From Camelus ferus (lineage: Eukaryota), in contig NC_045697.1 in the NCBI RefSeq assembly GCF_009834535.1, positions 14,138,001-14,202,000 on the forward strand: a stretch of DNA of 64,000 bases. The letters are read 5' to 3'. Below the pieces are notes generated by a model. That model did not search any database and was not told the origin of the DNA. It saw only the letters and a program-made list of their open reading frames with translations. The position numbers were made by a program, and so were the translations under genes. Below, in pieces: positions 13,202 to 25,128 of the stretch (position 1 is its first letter; each line of letters starts with the position of its first letter).

Positions 13202-15974
13202 GTAAGTATTTGATTATTTCTGATCTGTTGAACCTAAATATTGTATTTTAATCCGTGTACCATCTCATATTTTCACGGAGCCTTCAGAATAATTCGACTC
13301 AAAATGACTTAGTTTAATGAAATGGAAAAGATTAGTCTGGTGGTACTAACATTGATGATGGCTATTTATTTGAAAACATAGCACTTTGAAATTGTCCCCA
13401 AACCTTTCTTTCCACGGTGTCTTTAATCTGGGCATCCTGGCTCTTCTGTCATTTAAAGCTTGTGCAATCCTTGCCCTTTGGGAAACTTCTCTGTTTTGAT
13501 TTAACAATAGTTGGAAAAAAAAAAAAAGACGTAGTGATCTGTTTATCCATCTTTGTCCAAAGAACCTGCAGGCATGACAATGCTGGAAAACATGCCCCAA
13601 CACAGAGATGGTGTGCAGTAGGCCAGGACACGGTGGTAACACTCCAGCTAATCTTCCGAGAGTGAATTATCTATCAGTTTCCTCGATTTTATCTTTAAAG
13701 TCCACTCTGCTTAGAGAATAGCTACTACTCATTTGTCTCAAAAGAAGTATTTATGATGCATATTTAAAAGGAAAGACTTGACCCCAGATGTCTTAATGAA
13801 TGCTCATGTGAAAATGAGATTGAAAAAAATATGCTAATACAAAGATTGTCATTCTTGGATCATCAAAATCTGTTCAAATCACCAAATGCTTACAGCTTAC
13901 CCATTTGGGGCACACGCTGACCTAGCTTCTGTAGATAAACAGATGAGTGTGATGTGATTTTTCCCTCAACTAGCTCACAGTCAGTCAGCTTTAAAATTCT
14001 TAAGTTAAGAATGCTGTTTTCTCTTTGGGGTGGATGCATTTGTTGGTGTTGGGGTCTGTATGCTTTATTTGGTAAAAATGTATTCCTAGTGCCACAACCT
14101 TCCGAAATGTAGATTTTTTTTCTTTACTTGATTAATCTATGTTTATAATTACATCCTATTATCCACACTTTAAACTCCTCATTATTATGCAGAAACATAT
14201 TTTATATCACAACCCAGTTCATGCACATATACACACATGTAAATGAAGCAGATTATTAACAAAACAAGATTTGACCTCACTATGTGTAGTACCGTCAATT
14301 CTGTTCCTTTCTCTCTTCCTCTTAAGGCTACTTAGACCAATAAATTGATTTTATAACAAACCAATCAGTCATGATGAGTACTGACTTTTGTGACCTAGTG
14401 ACTTTATTTGGACATCAGTTTATTTTTGAGCCCTTGCAATGAAGTTAGCAAAAGTTTCTGATCCTGAGTAAGATGGCTCTGTACACACCGTAGACAGAGC
14501 TGGATGCTACAGCCTCGTGCTTCTCTGTCATTCTTCCACGTTTCCTAGCGTCATTCTCATCGCCATTTACTTGCCATCTCTTTTGCTATCACCCTCCTGC
14601 CAAGCACCAACACTTGAAATGGCACCTTCTTTTTCTTTTTCTATTCACGTACACTTACTGATAGTTGATGTAACAAATGGGTTATGAACCTGAGAGTCTG
14701 TATGTCAATAAACCTTATTTAAAAAGCCAGCTTTGCCCCTCTGGCTAAAGTCCTATCTCTAGACTCAGGCCCCTTCTTAAACCTGTGACACGACCATCCC
14801 TTTCCATGTAGCTGAGAACTTGGCCGGGGTAAACATCTTAGATCTGCTTGAACAGATGAGACATTGGGAAGAAGGAGTAGATAAATGGAAGAAACAACAG
14901 AAAGTGGTATTCAGTATTTTCCCCCTAATTCCCAGACCGCAGAGATGAAAATGAAGAACAAAAATCTCAGGTCAGCAACTTTCTTTAGTTCCAGGCTCCC
15001 CACCCTTTCCTTGTCCTCAGCATCCTGCTCTCTAACTCCTTTCCCAGTTAGCCAACAAGTTTGGGAACATGGTCCACGTGACTTGTGTTATAGCCCAGAG
15101 TGGGGAGAGATAGGACTAACCAGTCCATACGTCAAACCAGGCCTCTACGCTCTTAGGAGAGCATTATGTAGACCACAAAGAAGGCCAAAATTCAGCTCCC
15201 GAGGGAGGATAAAAAAAAGAGTGCAGCGAAGAGAACCATCACGAGGAAGCCATGGCTTTGCAAGTACATAGAGTTGAGGTCTTAAAAAAGCAAGCAAAAC
15301 TGAAATACTCTGTGTTAATTACAGATAGAGATTCTTTCAGGCAAATGGGAAGAGCATTTTTCAGCGTGTTAGATAAGAAGGCATCACACCTCAACCACAT
15401 AGTGCATATTTTTTAAGCTACTAAATGTGTGTCAAAATCCTCAGTATCAAAGCTCTAAACTAAATATGATAGAGGAAAAGAAGCATCAAAAAAAATTCAC
15501 TACCCGCAGAGGGTCAAACTGTCTTTGGGCAAACACGCAGGCCTGTGTAAGACAGGCGACAAGACTCAGCAGCATTGACTAACTTCCCTTGGGACCTGGA
15601 GGAAGGAGTACATTCGTTGGGTGGAAGTTGTGTTCTGGAAAATTCTTGTTTGGGAAAAGGTGGGCCTTCTGCAAGGCCTCGATAGACCAGAAGGTTGAGG
15701 AGCCTGAGCGTAGGGCAAGTGTACTCCCAAAGGTGAGTCAGGCGTGAATCAAATCTCAGACACAATGACATATGACCCACAAGAATGCCGTTTGTCCATG
15801 TCTGATCTGTAAACCACGCTTCCAGATGTGGGAATGTGGGTGTAGAATATTGATAAGATACATGAGAAAAAACAAGTTTGTGGAATATTGTGCTAAACCG
15901 AGCGAAACGAATGTCTATAATGCAGAATGAGGGCCTTCCCCATGGCAGTGCCACTCTCCAAGAGGGCTACAAAG

Positions 15975-16590
15975 TATTCATTCAACAACAGATGTTTACT
16001 GAGCACCTAGTATGTGCTAAGCCCATGAGAAACAAAATAGACTAATATCCCTGCCTGCCGTCTAGAGTTTATACCCTTGGGGGAGGGTTTATGCAAATTG
16101 CGGTCAACAAGAACCTCATAAATAAGGCAACCACATATAACAGAAATGTGTATTTAAGAAAATGGAAAAAGTTGGTCAAAGTAAAGGAATTGAGAGTGCT
16201 AGGGATAGGGGGGGCAGGGGGCTAAGATAGGCAGGCAGGCGGTGCTGGAGAGAGTGGTTGGGGTGGGCTGCATGGAGAAGGTGAGATTTCAGCAGACTCA
16301 AAGAAGAAACATAGTTAACCAGGTAGACACATCTCAGAGAAGAGCCTTCCAAGCAGAGAAGAGAGTCTGGCAAGGAGGCAGGTGCTCCTGTGTGGCAGGA
16401 GCTAAAACAGTCAGAAAGAGAAAACTTGGAGGTTGCAGAGTTCAGAGGGCACCAAAGATCCCTTTAGGCATTCAAGGCCTATGGTCAGCCCTTCAGAGCA
16501 AATTGAGAGTTGTTGCCAGGTGTTAAGACCGGAGTGATGTGATCTGATCTATGTTTTAGAAATCTCACTCTGGCTGCCCTTTTAAGACTG
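15975..16590 (-). mobile_element. LINE-2 3' end, abutting or interrupted by a younger L1
   Basis: Starts with the L2 tail tattcattcaacaacagatgtttactgagcacctagtatgtgct and ends tctcactctggctgcc. Confidence 0.75.
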
Positions 16591-16591
16591 T

Positions 16592-16897
16592 AATGAATTC
16601 ATCGACAAACAGAAACAGACTCACAGACGTAGTAAACAATCTTATGGTTACCGAGGGGAAAGTGGGTGGGAAGGGATGAACTTAGGAGTTCGAGATTTGC
16701 AAATGTCTACTATATATAGAAATAGATAAAAAAACAAATTTCTTCTCTATAGCACAGGGAACTATATTCAATATCGTATAGTAACCTTTAATGAAAAAGA
16801 ATATGAAAACTAATAGATGTATGTATAAGCATGCCTGGGACATTATGCTGTACACCGGAAATTGACACATTGTAACTGACTACACTTCAGTAAATTA

Positions 16898-16940
<43 letters not shown>

Positions 16941-16975
16941 ACAAACAAACAAACAAACAAGTTTAAAAAAAAAAA
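16592..16975 (+). mobile_element. 5'-truncated artiodactyl/camelid L1 3' end with (TAAA)n(CAAA)n-poly(A) tail
   Basis: aaacagactcacagac...cttatggttacc...tatagcacagggaactatattcaatatc...tgtaactgactacacttca followed by an A-rich tail; homologous to the inverted copy at 41301-41497. Confidence 0.85.
16898..16960. repeat. Compound (TAAA)n(CAAA)n tetranucleotide microsatellite
   Basis: Read directly; derived from the L1 poly(A) tail. Confidence 0.92.
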
Positions 16976-17363
16976 GAATAGATTGAACTTTTTCACAGAG
17001 CAGCCCCAGGGACTAAGTTTTATGGAAACTCTGTGGCATCCTTGACAGCAGAGGCTGGATCTCCCCCACCGTTGTCTGTCATTGTATCTCTGCATCTTCC
17101 AGAGAATGTATTTAATGATGTTTGTTGAGTAAGTGGGTAAGTACGGCTAGATTCAGACAATCCAGTCATTAGACAGGACCCTTGCTTTATCTGCCATGAC
17201 CCCAAATCTTCAGCCTGTGACACCTCAATGATTACAGTCACAATGTGAGTGTTGAGGTTAAAAGGAATGTATCTCATGATTGGGTTTTCTCAGGAAGGAC
17301 AGAGTCTTGAAGGTGGGTTAATGAGATGCTACACTTTAATTCTGCGACTATTTGATCAAACAG

Positions 17364-17507
17364 ATTGTTGAATGCCAACAAGATAAACTGCCTTCGGGTA
17401 GATGCTTTTCAGGATCTGCACAACTTGAACCTTCTCTCCTTGTACGACAACAAGCTGCAGACCATTGCCAAGGGGACCTTTTCGCCTCTCCGGGCCATTC
17501 AGACTAT
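17364..17507 (+). CDS. SLIT2: SLIT2 exon 13 (144 nt): [47 protein letters not shown](M)
   Basis: Acceptor atcaaacag|, donor |gtacgt; two LRRs; overlaps ORF 17365..17571. Confidence 0.96.
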
Positions 17508-17619
17508 GTACGTACCCAGCATTTGGATCAGATTTGATGACCCTTGTTGTCACTCTGAATTTGAGAGTTGAGTTCATTGCAAGTCATGTGTAAGAGTGTT
17601 CTGTATGTGTTTCTGAAAG

Positions 17620-17783
17620 GCATTTGGCCCAGAATCCCTTTATTTGTGACTGCCACCTCAAGTGGCTGGCGGATTACCTCCATACCAACCCGATCGAAAC
17701 CAGCGGGGCCCGCTGCACCAGCCCCCGGCGTCTGGCAAACAAAAGAATCGGACAGATCAAAAGCAAGAAATTCCGTTGTTCAG
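17620..17783 (+). CDS. SLIT2: SLIT2 exon 14 (164 nt), D2 C-terminal cap: [54 protein letters not shown]
   Basis: Acceptor ttctgaaag|, donor |gtaatt; LRRCT motif NPFxCDC and the basic heparan-sulfate-binding patch; overlaps ORF 17624..17821. Confidence 0.96.
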
Positions 17784-18777
17784 GTAATTTCTTACTTCCT
17801 GTGACCTTTCCCCAGTGTTAACCAAAAACAGTAGTTACGTGAGCTGTAGCGACAGCTGGCCTTCGGCTGAATTCCCAAACATTGCAGAATCCTATTTCTT
17901 TTTCTTCTGCCCATGAAAAAAAATATAAAGAGAAGTAGACGCAATTCTTACAGCACACCTACAATGTAACCTTTTTAATGTTACAGAAGAAATTAAAAAG
18001 CAGAAGAAATATAAAAAAAAAGACACCTGGATATTTCATACTGTCATCTCAGGATTTGAACTTAACAGGAGCCTTTTAGCTAACTCAGAGTGCCTTTTAA
18101 GTCTGTTAAGTCTCAGGTTTGTCGTGCTGTTTTCTATTAGTAACATAAGGTAATTAATCACGTTTTCACACATTAAGAAAGATACCTGAGACATGGTTAC
18201 TTGATCTGCTCTGGCTGGGAAGGAGAGGAAGGATCTCCAGATTCCTTGCTTCTCTCACTGAACGCCATTTCCTCGTTTTGCACTCTCTCATTTTAAACAG
18301 GACTGTGAGGATACATTTTTTTTTCCAAAAGACCATCTTTTAACACTTTGCAAATATTACATTTACTTATAAAAAGCAAAATATAGATCACATTGTATTC
18401 ATAGTAAAGACAAAGCTTACTTCATTGAAATTTACTATTTGCTTTGGTACAATCTTTTCTATTTTCTTATAGTAAAATGCATTCTATGTGTTTTGGGTAG
18501 TAGGCTACCTAACTATTCCAGGCGTTATTTCACATTCGGCAGTTAATTCATACTAAAATGCTAATGTGGAAACAAAGCTGTTTATTGTCCGTGGTTCTAG
18601 ACGCAGTTCCTCCTCACTGTACATTGTGGAACCTCAGCCACTGCTGTGAATATACATTTTCACTTAATTATCTATAGTAACTTTAGTCCGTTCTTAATCT
18701 AATAATAACTCATATCTCTGCTTGCTGACATTCAGGTGCATCTTCTATTTTTTTTTTTCTCTTTTTTTTTTATTTAG

Positions 18778-18801
18778 CTAAAGAACAGTATTTCATTCCA
18801 G
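18778..18801 (+). CDS. SLIT2: SLIT2 exon 15, 24-nt alternatively spliced microexon (AKEQYFIP)
   Basis: Long poly-T tract and tttag|CTAAAGAACAGTATTTCATTCCAG|gtaggt; symmetric phase 1-1; known cassette exon in the D2-D3 linker. Confidence 0.94.
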
Positions 18802-21631
18802 GTAGGTTTTGCTTGGTAGTAGGACTAACTGCAGACACCCTTGCCTCACCTTATGAAATGTAGCTTCTAAAACTTTGATATGCATGCTTTGGAAAGTACA
18901 GCGGGTACTCTGTAGCTCAATTTACTTCTGCGTAGATCACTTGTAGCTGTTTCCTGAAAACCTGACCTTTGCATGCAGCTTCTGATGTTAAACATCTTCT
19001 ACTATTAAACTCCCACCTTTTTTTTTTATCTCTCTCTCTCTCACTTTGGCACATTATCTAAAATCTCTCACGGTAGCTAAAATGTTTGAACCTATGGCTT
19101 TCTACTTAAATCATTTTCTCTCCTTATGTTGTATATCTGACCTTTCAACCTGTTTTTAAAATATAGCTTCTTGAGCTGGTTTTAAAGACAGAGACCTTCC
19201 TGTGGTCAAAGAACTAGTTCTACATGAAATCAGTTACAAACACACAGAATTGTGTTTTCGATCATGAGATTTACTTTTTTATAGAGATTGTTAGACTCAA
19301 AAGACATCCCTTTTAGCTTTACTTTGGTTGCCATTACTTCAGTTTTTACACAAAAGCAGCAGCTTTCTGCTAATTTACATGCAGTTGCATCTTATTTGTG
19401 ACTTTAAATTCTTGCACACCTGGCCTCACAGTATAATAGCACCACAGAAACAATATTGACATCCATCCTGGAAGCATCAGAAGTTCATGGGCACCAAGTG
19501 TCTTCAATAACTTAGGCAGGTGAATGGAATGTTTCTTAGAAAAATAAGTGAAACGTTTACCACTACAATCTTAACACTATCAAGGCTGATGATTCTAGAA
19601 CTAGCTCTTTGAAATATGTTTCTTTACTTGTTTTTCCTTGCCTGCCAATTGTGTAAAATGCCTCTTGACCTGTATGTTTTAAACCATTATATAAAAATAT
19701 GTGTTAATAATTCGTTGGCCACAATTACAATCTCCTGGGTATACTCTAGACTATAATATATTTTAAGAATTATAAATAAAAATATATTTCTAAGGTGTTA
19801 GTGTGAAAAACCATACTTATTTCCTTAAGAAGAGCTCTGGGTTTGGTCTCTATTTTGAGGAGATATGTGTTGCGTGTCATTGTTGAATTATAATATGAAT
19901 AATTTTATGTATTTAACAGATTCTGTTTTATTACTTATTTTGACTTGAATGATGAGTAATATTTCATATATTACCCAGGCTGCAGAAGAAATAACATGTT
20001 GAAAATAACAGCTGATTGACTTTCATTGGCAATCTTTAAAATTCATTATTTTTGCCCAATTATTAAGTAGGAAGCAATCTGATAGCTATTACCCAGAAAA
20101 AGTAATGAAAAACAGAATACCTATCGTATAAAACATTCCTATTACTTAAATCCCCAAATTAGAGAAGGTGATATAATTGTTATCAAATCATTTAATCTAT
20201 TGCATTTAAATATTCTTTATCAGTAATTTAGAAATTAACATTTCTAATTCACCAAATAAGGTGCAAAAGTCATAATTGTTTTCATAAATTCTGATGCAGT
20301 TTTGCCCTCTTATTTACAGCAGCCAAAACAGGTTTTGGGGAAAAATCCTTTTACATTAGATATCATGGCTTAATTGTCAATTTCTGACAAGAATTACAGA
20401 AATCAAGACTCAGAAGAATTCTTTGGGCCTCCTCTCCCTTTTTCTCCCCCAGATTTTAATTGAAATCTGAGCCTACCTAAAGGGCAACGATAAAATAAGC
20501 GTTATTGTCACTGCGCTGGACGCAGAGTATTTTCAATGTAAAATACCTCTTGTGTCTGTCATCTAGACTTTGTTCCCACTATTTTCTCATTTCACTTTTA
20601 AAATGAGAGCTTAAACCACAACAGATCCTCAAAAAATGCCATGGCATTAATTGCCAAACTGAATGAAACTATCATATTCAGCTTTGCCAACTTCTTCCGA
20701 GGTCCTGATTCCATTTCAACTAAGGGACATTATTTATAAGCTGGAAAGGTCATTAAAAAGCGTGTAAGCCGCAGCCTAAGGTTTAAGCCAAACGTTCCAA
20801 GGATGGTCCTTGAAGAGCTCATGACTGGTTTTTCACTCAGTTTTCCCTACTTCCTTGCCTACCACCATCTAGATGGCATTCTAGAAATTAGAATGATAAC
20901 TCAAAGAAAACTCATCTTATGGAGACTTCATCTTTTAAAGGAATCAACAAGAACTTAATTTGTGCTCTGCATCTTGTACTCCATGCTTCTCCTGTAAGAC
21001 CACTGTGCTTCAAAAAACTATTATAAAAGTATTAAAAAAGCATGATGACTCCTGCCACGCCAGGCCACTCCCTGATCCTCGCCACAAAAAGGGGAGAAGG
21101 AAGAGACCGTAGTTAATTTTCTGTATGTGTATCTGCATCTTAATTGGGTTTACTCTGTCTTTCTTTCCCCCTTGGTGATCTTTACTTTTGCAGGAATTCA
21201 CCATTTTGGCTGTAAGTAAAAGTGTCTGATCTGAAACATAATGTCCTCCCTTTTCGATCCTGATGTACCTTCTTTGAGTCTCACTCTTTTGCGCCTTTAT
21301 TTTTTTTTTCTTCCCAAGAAGAAACCACAGATCTCTTGAGCTTCTCTGTTGTCCTTGTAGCTCACCTTCAACTTCTTCCTGGATGTTGTTCCCGAAAGCT
21401 GTTGTTTCCATTCTGCAGTTCTGAGGAACGTTGGAGGCACCTCTCAGTATAGCCCCTTCTTTGTGTTTCCAGGAAATCTTCGGTAGTAATACTCTTACTA
21501 TGGTCATAAACATTCTGCGGGAAGAATGCATGTCATGTAAACAGTATTACGTTTCCAGAACGTCTGTAGCTTTTCTCCTGCTTCCCTTCATCTCTCCTTT
21601 TGGTCTTACCCTTGGCCTAGTGGATGGTGTA

Positions 21632-21741
21632 GTGATTATGTAGCGAGATTTTCTGTTGTGCTTGATCTAACCATGTGGTTGCCAGGTATAAGTAAAACAT
21701 GGTTCCGTCAAGCACCATGGAACGTCACGCAGCTTTCTACA
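21632..21741 (+). ncRNA. MIR218-1: miR-218-1 precursor hairpin; mature miR-218-5p at 21656-21676, 3p arm at about 21699-21720
   Basis: Contains TTGTGCTTGATCTAACCATGT (miR-218-5p) and the complementary arm AACATGGTTCCGTCAAGCAC; same strand as the host, in the intron after exon 15 as expected. Confidence 0.98.
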
Positions 21742-22308
21742 GCATGACAAGCTGCTGAGGCTTAAATCAGGATTTACTTGTCTCTTTTGATAAAATCAAA
21801 ATGAAAAAAAAAAAAGAGGGCTTTTTAAGCATTTCCGAAGATTATGTGAGAGGGAGAGAATAATGAAAGACCATAGAAAATTTAAAAACCTGAGTCCATC
21901 TATTTGCCTCTAAAGCCCTAATTTACAATGATATATAGGCATCTGTTTATTACTGGATACATTTTAAATTCTTGACTCAGAGAAAAAATAAACTCCGTAA
22001 CGATGAATAGCCATTGTGTGATTAGCTGTCAAATAGGCTAGAATGGCTCATAACTGGATCAGCAGAAAGTACAGCTGTGAAAAGCTCAACTCTGTTAATG
22101 TTTTCCTGTCCTGTGAATCTGGTTACTCTTTTTTCCAGCAAATCCCAAGCCCTTGTTTTAACCCTCTCCTGGCATCCATTGACCAGAACCCCCCAAGTTG
22201 TCTCCCTGCTACATAATCTCTAGTTTTCTTACTTTCTCTTCCTACAAAGTGACCAATATTCTAACCTCCAGACTCACCGTCATCTTCTGTGGCTTGACTC
22301 CTCAATAG

Positions 22309-22459
22309 GTACAGAAGACTACCGATCAAAATTAAGTGGAGACTGCTTTGCCGACTTGGCTTGCCCGGAAAAATGTCGCTGTGAAGGGACCACGGTAGAT
22401 TGCTCCAATCAAAAACTCACCAAGATTCCGGACCACATTCCCCAGTACACCGCAGAGCT
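22309..22459 (+). CDS. SLIT2: SLIT2 exon 16 (151 nt), D3 N-terminal cap: [50 protein letters not shown](L)
   Basis: Acceptor ctcctcaatag|, donor |gtgagt; LRRNT motif CPxxCxC. Confidence 0.96.
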
Positions 22460-23768
22460 GTGAGTTCCCCTCCCAGCAACACCCAGGTTGGGAGGGAGGG
22501 GATGAAAGCATCAAAGCATTGGAATTTTTTGTCTTACCTTTTGATTCTCAATAATTACATCAATTTTAATTAACCTGCATTGGCCTAACCCTTCTTTATG
22601 CAAGTGTGTATATTAAAGGCCATCTTATTTCATCTTTCTGGCCCAAGATACAAAGACAGAAATGAATTCACCTTTCAAAAATTCAGTTAGCACTTAATAA
22701 TGCTAATAATACTGGTACTCACTTGTTATCTATTTATTGGGTATTACTTAGGCCCAAAGCCATTTCTAAGCACTTAATAGCTTTTGAATGTATTTAGTCT
22801 CTCCAGCAACCAGATAAATTAGTTTGGGAGTCACCATTTTGAATTTCCATTCATTAGGAATTCAGAGTCCTTTTTCATCAGCTTTATGACTTTACTGAAT
22901 CACGAGTGGAAGGATTCCATGATTATCAAGTATTCATCACAAAGGATAGTTTTTTCCTGAACAGTGAATATCACAGCAGGAAAAGCTGGAAAGACAGAGT
23001 GTGATCAGATTTATATTTATAACACTAACATAGGGTGTAGCACGTATGTGGTTCTAAAGTATGTTTATTGAATCATTTACAGGTTCTGTGCCCATGTTTG
23101 GTCAGCCTTTACTGACTTTATTTATAAAAGTACGACCTTTAATGTTAGTGTTTCTAAAAATCCAAGAAAAACCTAGTAAAATCCCATCATTTTCGGAACA
23201 TCTTAGCAATGTTTATATGTAGCACCATCTGGAATTTGTCATTAACTGCTTTGCAGAGTTGGTTGCCTTTTTATGCATGTATCATTCTTTCGTCTTCAAC
23301 TAGATTATGGCCCCTTGATGACAGGGATGGTGTTTTATGGTTTATCTCCCAGAGGGCCTGTACTCATGCTTGTCATTTAATGAATTTTAAGCAATTTGAA
23401 TAATTAAAAATAATATAATGGTCTCAAAAAGATGACAGAAAGTAACTACCTAGTGGTTACCCTGATGCTTTTTTACATTTCTGTTAGTTGATGAAGCTAT
23501 TTCACAGGTCCAGGACTTCAAAAATGCATAGAGACCATGCAGCAGAAGCCCTGAACTCTGTATTTATTGTCATGAAGGGAGTTACACTTATTTCCAATAA
23601 TACCACAGACAGTAATTAAAATTCTATCTTCCAGCATGAGAACACTTCAAGTAAGTGTACTCGTCAATCAAGAATTTAGAAACTATATCTAAATTATCTT
23701 CAGCAAAGGTTGTGTGTGTTTTCAGAAATTAAGACTTTCTTTTTACATTTTATGTTTAAAAATCAGTA

Positions 23769-24705
23769 CTGGAAAGAGAATATTTGCAAAACATATATAT
23801 GATAAGGGACCTATAGCCAGAATATATAAAGGGCTCTTAGAACTCAACAAGTAAAATGTGCTTACCCAATTAAAAAGGGGTCAAATGATTTGTATAGACA
23901 TTTCTCCAAAGACGATATGCAAATGGCCAATAAGCACGTGAAAAAATACTCAGTATCAACAGGCATGAGGAAAATGCAAATCAAAACCACAGTGAGATAG
24001 CTCTTCACACCCACTAGGATGGCTTAAAAAGAAAGACAGTAACAGGTAAGAGAAATTGACCCCATCATACATTGCTGGTGGAAATGTGAAATGGTGCAGT
24101 CCTTTTGAAAAATAGTTTGGCTCTTCCTCAAGGAGTTCAACACAGATTTAGCATGTGAAGCAACAATTTCACACCTATGAATATATCCAAAGGAACTGAA
24201 AACATATATCCACACAAAAACTTATACACCAGTGTTCCTAGAAGCATTATTTATAATAATCAAGAAGTGGAAGCACCTCAAATATCCATCCGCTATGATA
24301 GGTCTATACCACTGAATATAATCTGGCCATGAAATGGGAGAAGCACTGATACATGCTGAAGGTGGAAGAGCCTTGTAAACATGAGGTGAAGTGAAAAAAG
24401 CCTGACCGGGAAAGCCACATCTTGTATGATTCCATTTATGTGAAATGTTCAGAATAGGAAAATCCATGGAGGCAGAGAGTAATTTCGTGGCTGCCAAGGA
24501 CTGAGGCAGGGGGGACAGCAAATTGAGAATGACTGTGGATAGGTATAAGGTTTCTTTTTCTGAGTGATGAATTAGGAGTTCTGGAATTGAGAGGCAAAGA
24601 TGATGGCACCAGTTTGTGAATATTCTAAAAACCACTGAATTGTATGCTTTAAAGGATAAACTTTATGGTGTGTAAAATGTGTATCAATAAAGCTATTAAT
24701 AAAAA
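23769..24705 (+). mobile_element. L1 (L1MB-like) ORF2 3' end plus 3' UTR, degenerate
   Basis: agacatttctccaaagacgatatgcaaatggccaataagcacgtgaaaa...aaatgcaaatcaaaaccacagtgaga...ccactaggatggc; ends tcaataaagctattaataaaaa. Confidence 0.88.
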
Positions 24706-25053
24706 TATTTGTGAAGCAAGTGACTAGAAAAACAGTCTACAGTGCTTTTGGGGGAAGGGGAAATAGTGAAAAAGAAAAGTGTGAGAAACTGCTCTGCAGA
24801 TTACCGAATGGGAGTTTTGATTTTTGATTATTGGTTTTCTTTACTATGTGCTTCTTCATATGTTTTTATTTTGATCATTAAAATGTGGGACAAATGGGAA
24901 AAAAATCAATACTTCCCACAAATTTTCTGATACGTGTCCAATATTTTGCTCTAGGATAATCATTAAATAATGTTATAATTCTGTACAAGAAATAAAGTCT
25001 AATCTCTTCCTGACTGTTGGGAATGAAACTTTTCTGTTTCTTTTTTCCCCTAG

Positions 25054-25128
25054 GCGCCTCAATAGTAATGAATTTACAGTGTTGGAAGCTACAGGGATCT
25101 TCAAGAAACTTCCTCAGTTGCGTAAAAT
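25054..25128 (+). CDS. SLIT2: SLIT2 exon 17 (75 nt): [24 protein letters not shown](I)
   Basis: Acceptor ttttttcccctag|, donor |gtaagc. Confidence 0.96.

Noticed and set aside
13202..17363. Possible U12-type intron suggested by the pyrimidine-poor exon 13 acceptor
   Set aside because: The donor is GTAAGT (U2 type), not RTATCCTT.
21010..21531. 173-aa antisense ORF just upstream of miR-218-1
   Set aside because: No domain pattern, and the lysine run comes from a poly-T tract. There is no independent support for coding.
24024..24635. ORFs over the L1 fragment
   Set aside because: Antisense readings of a degenerate L1 3' end; no intact ORF2.
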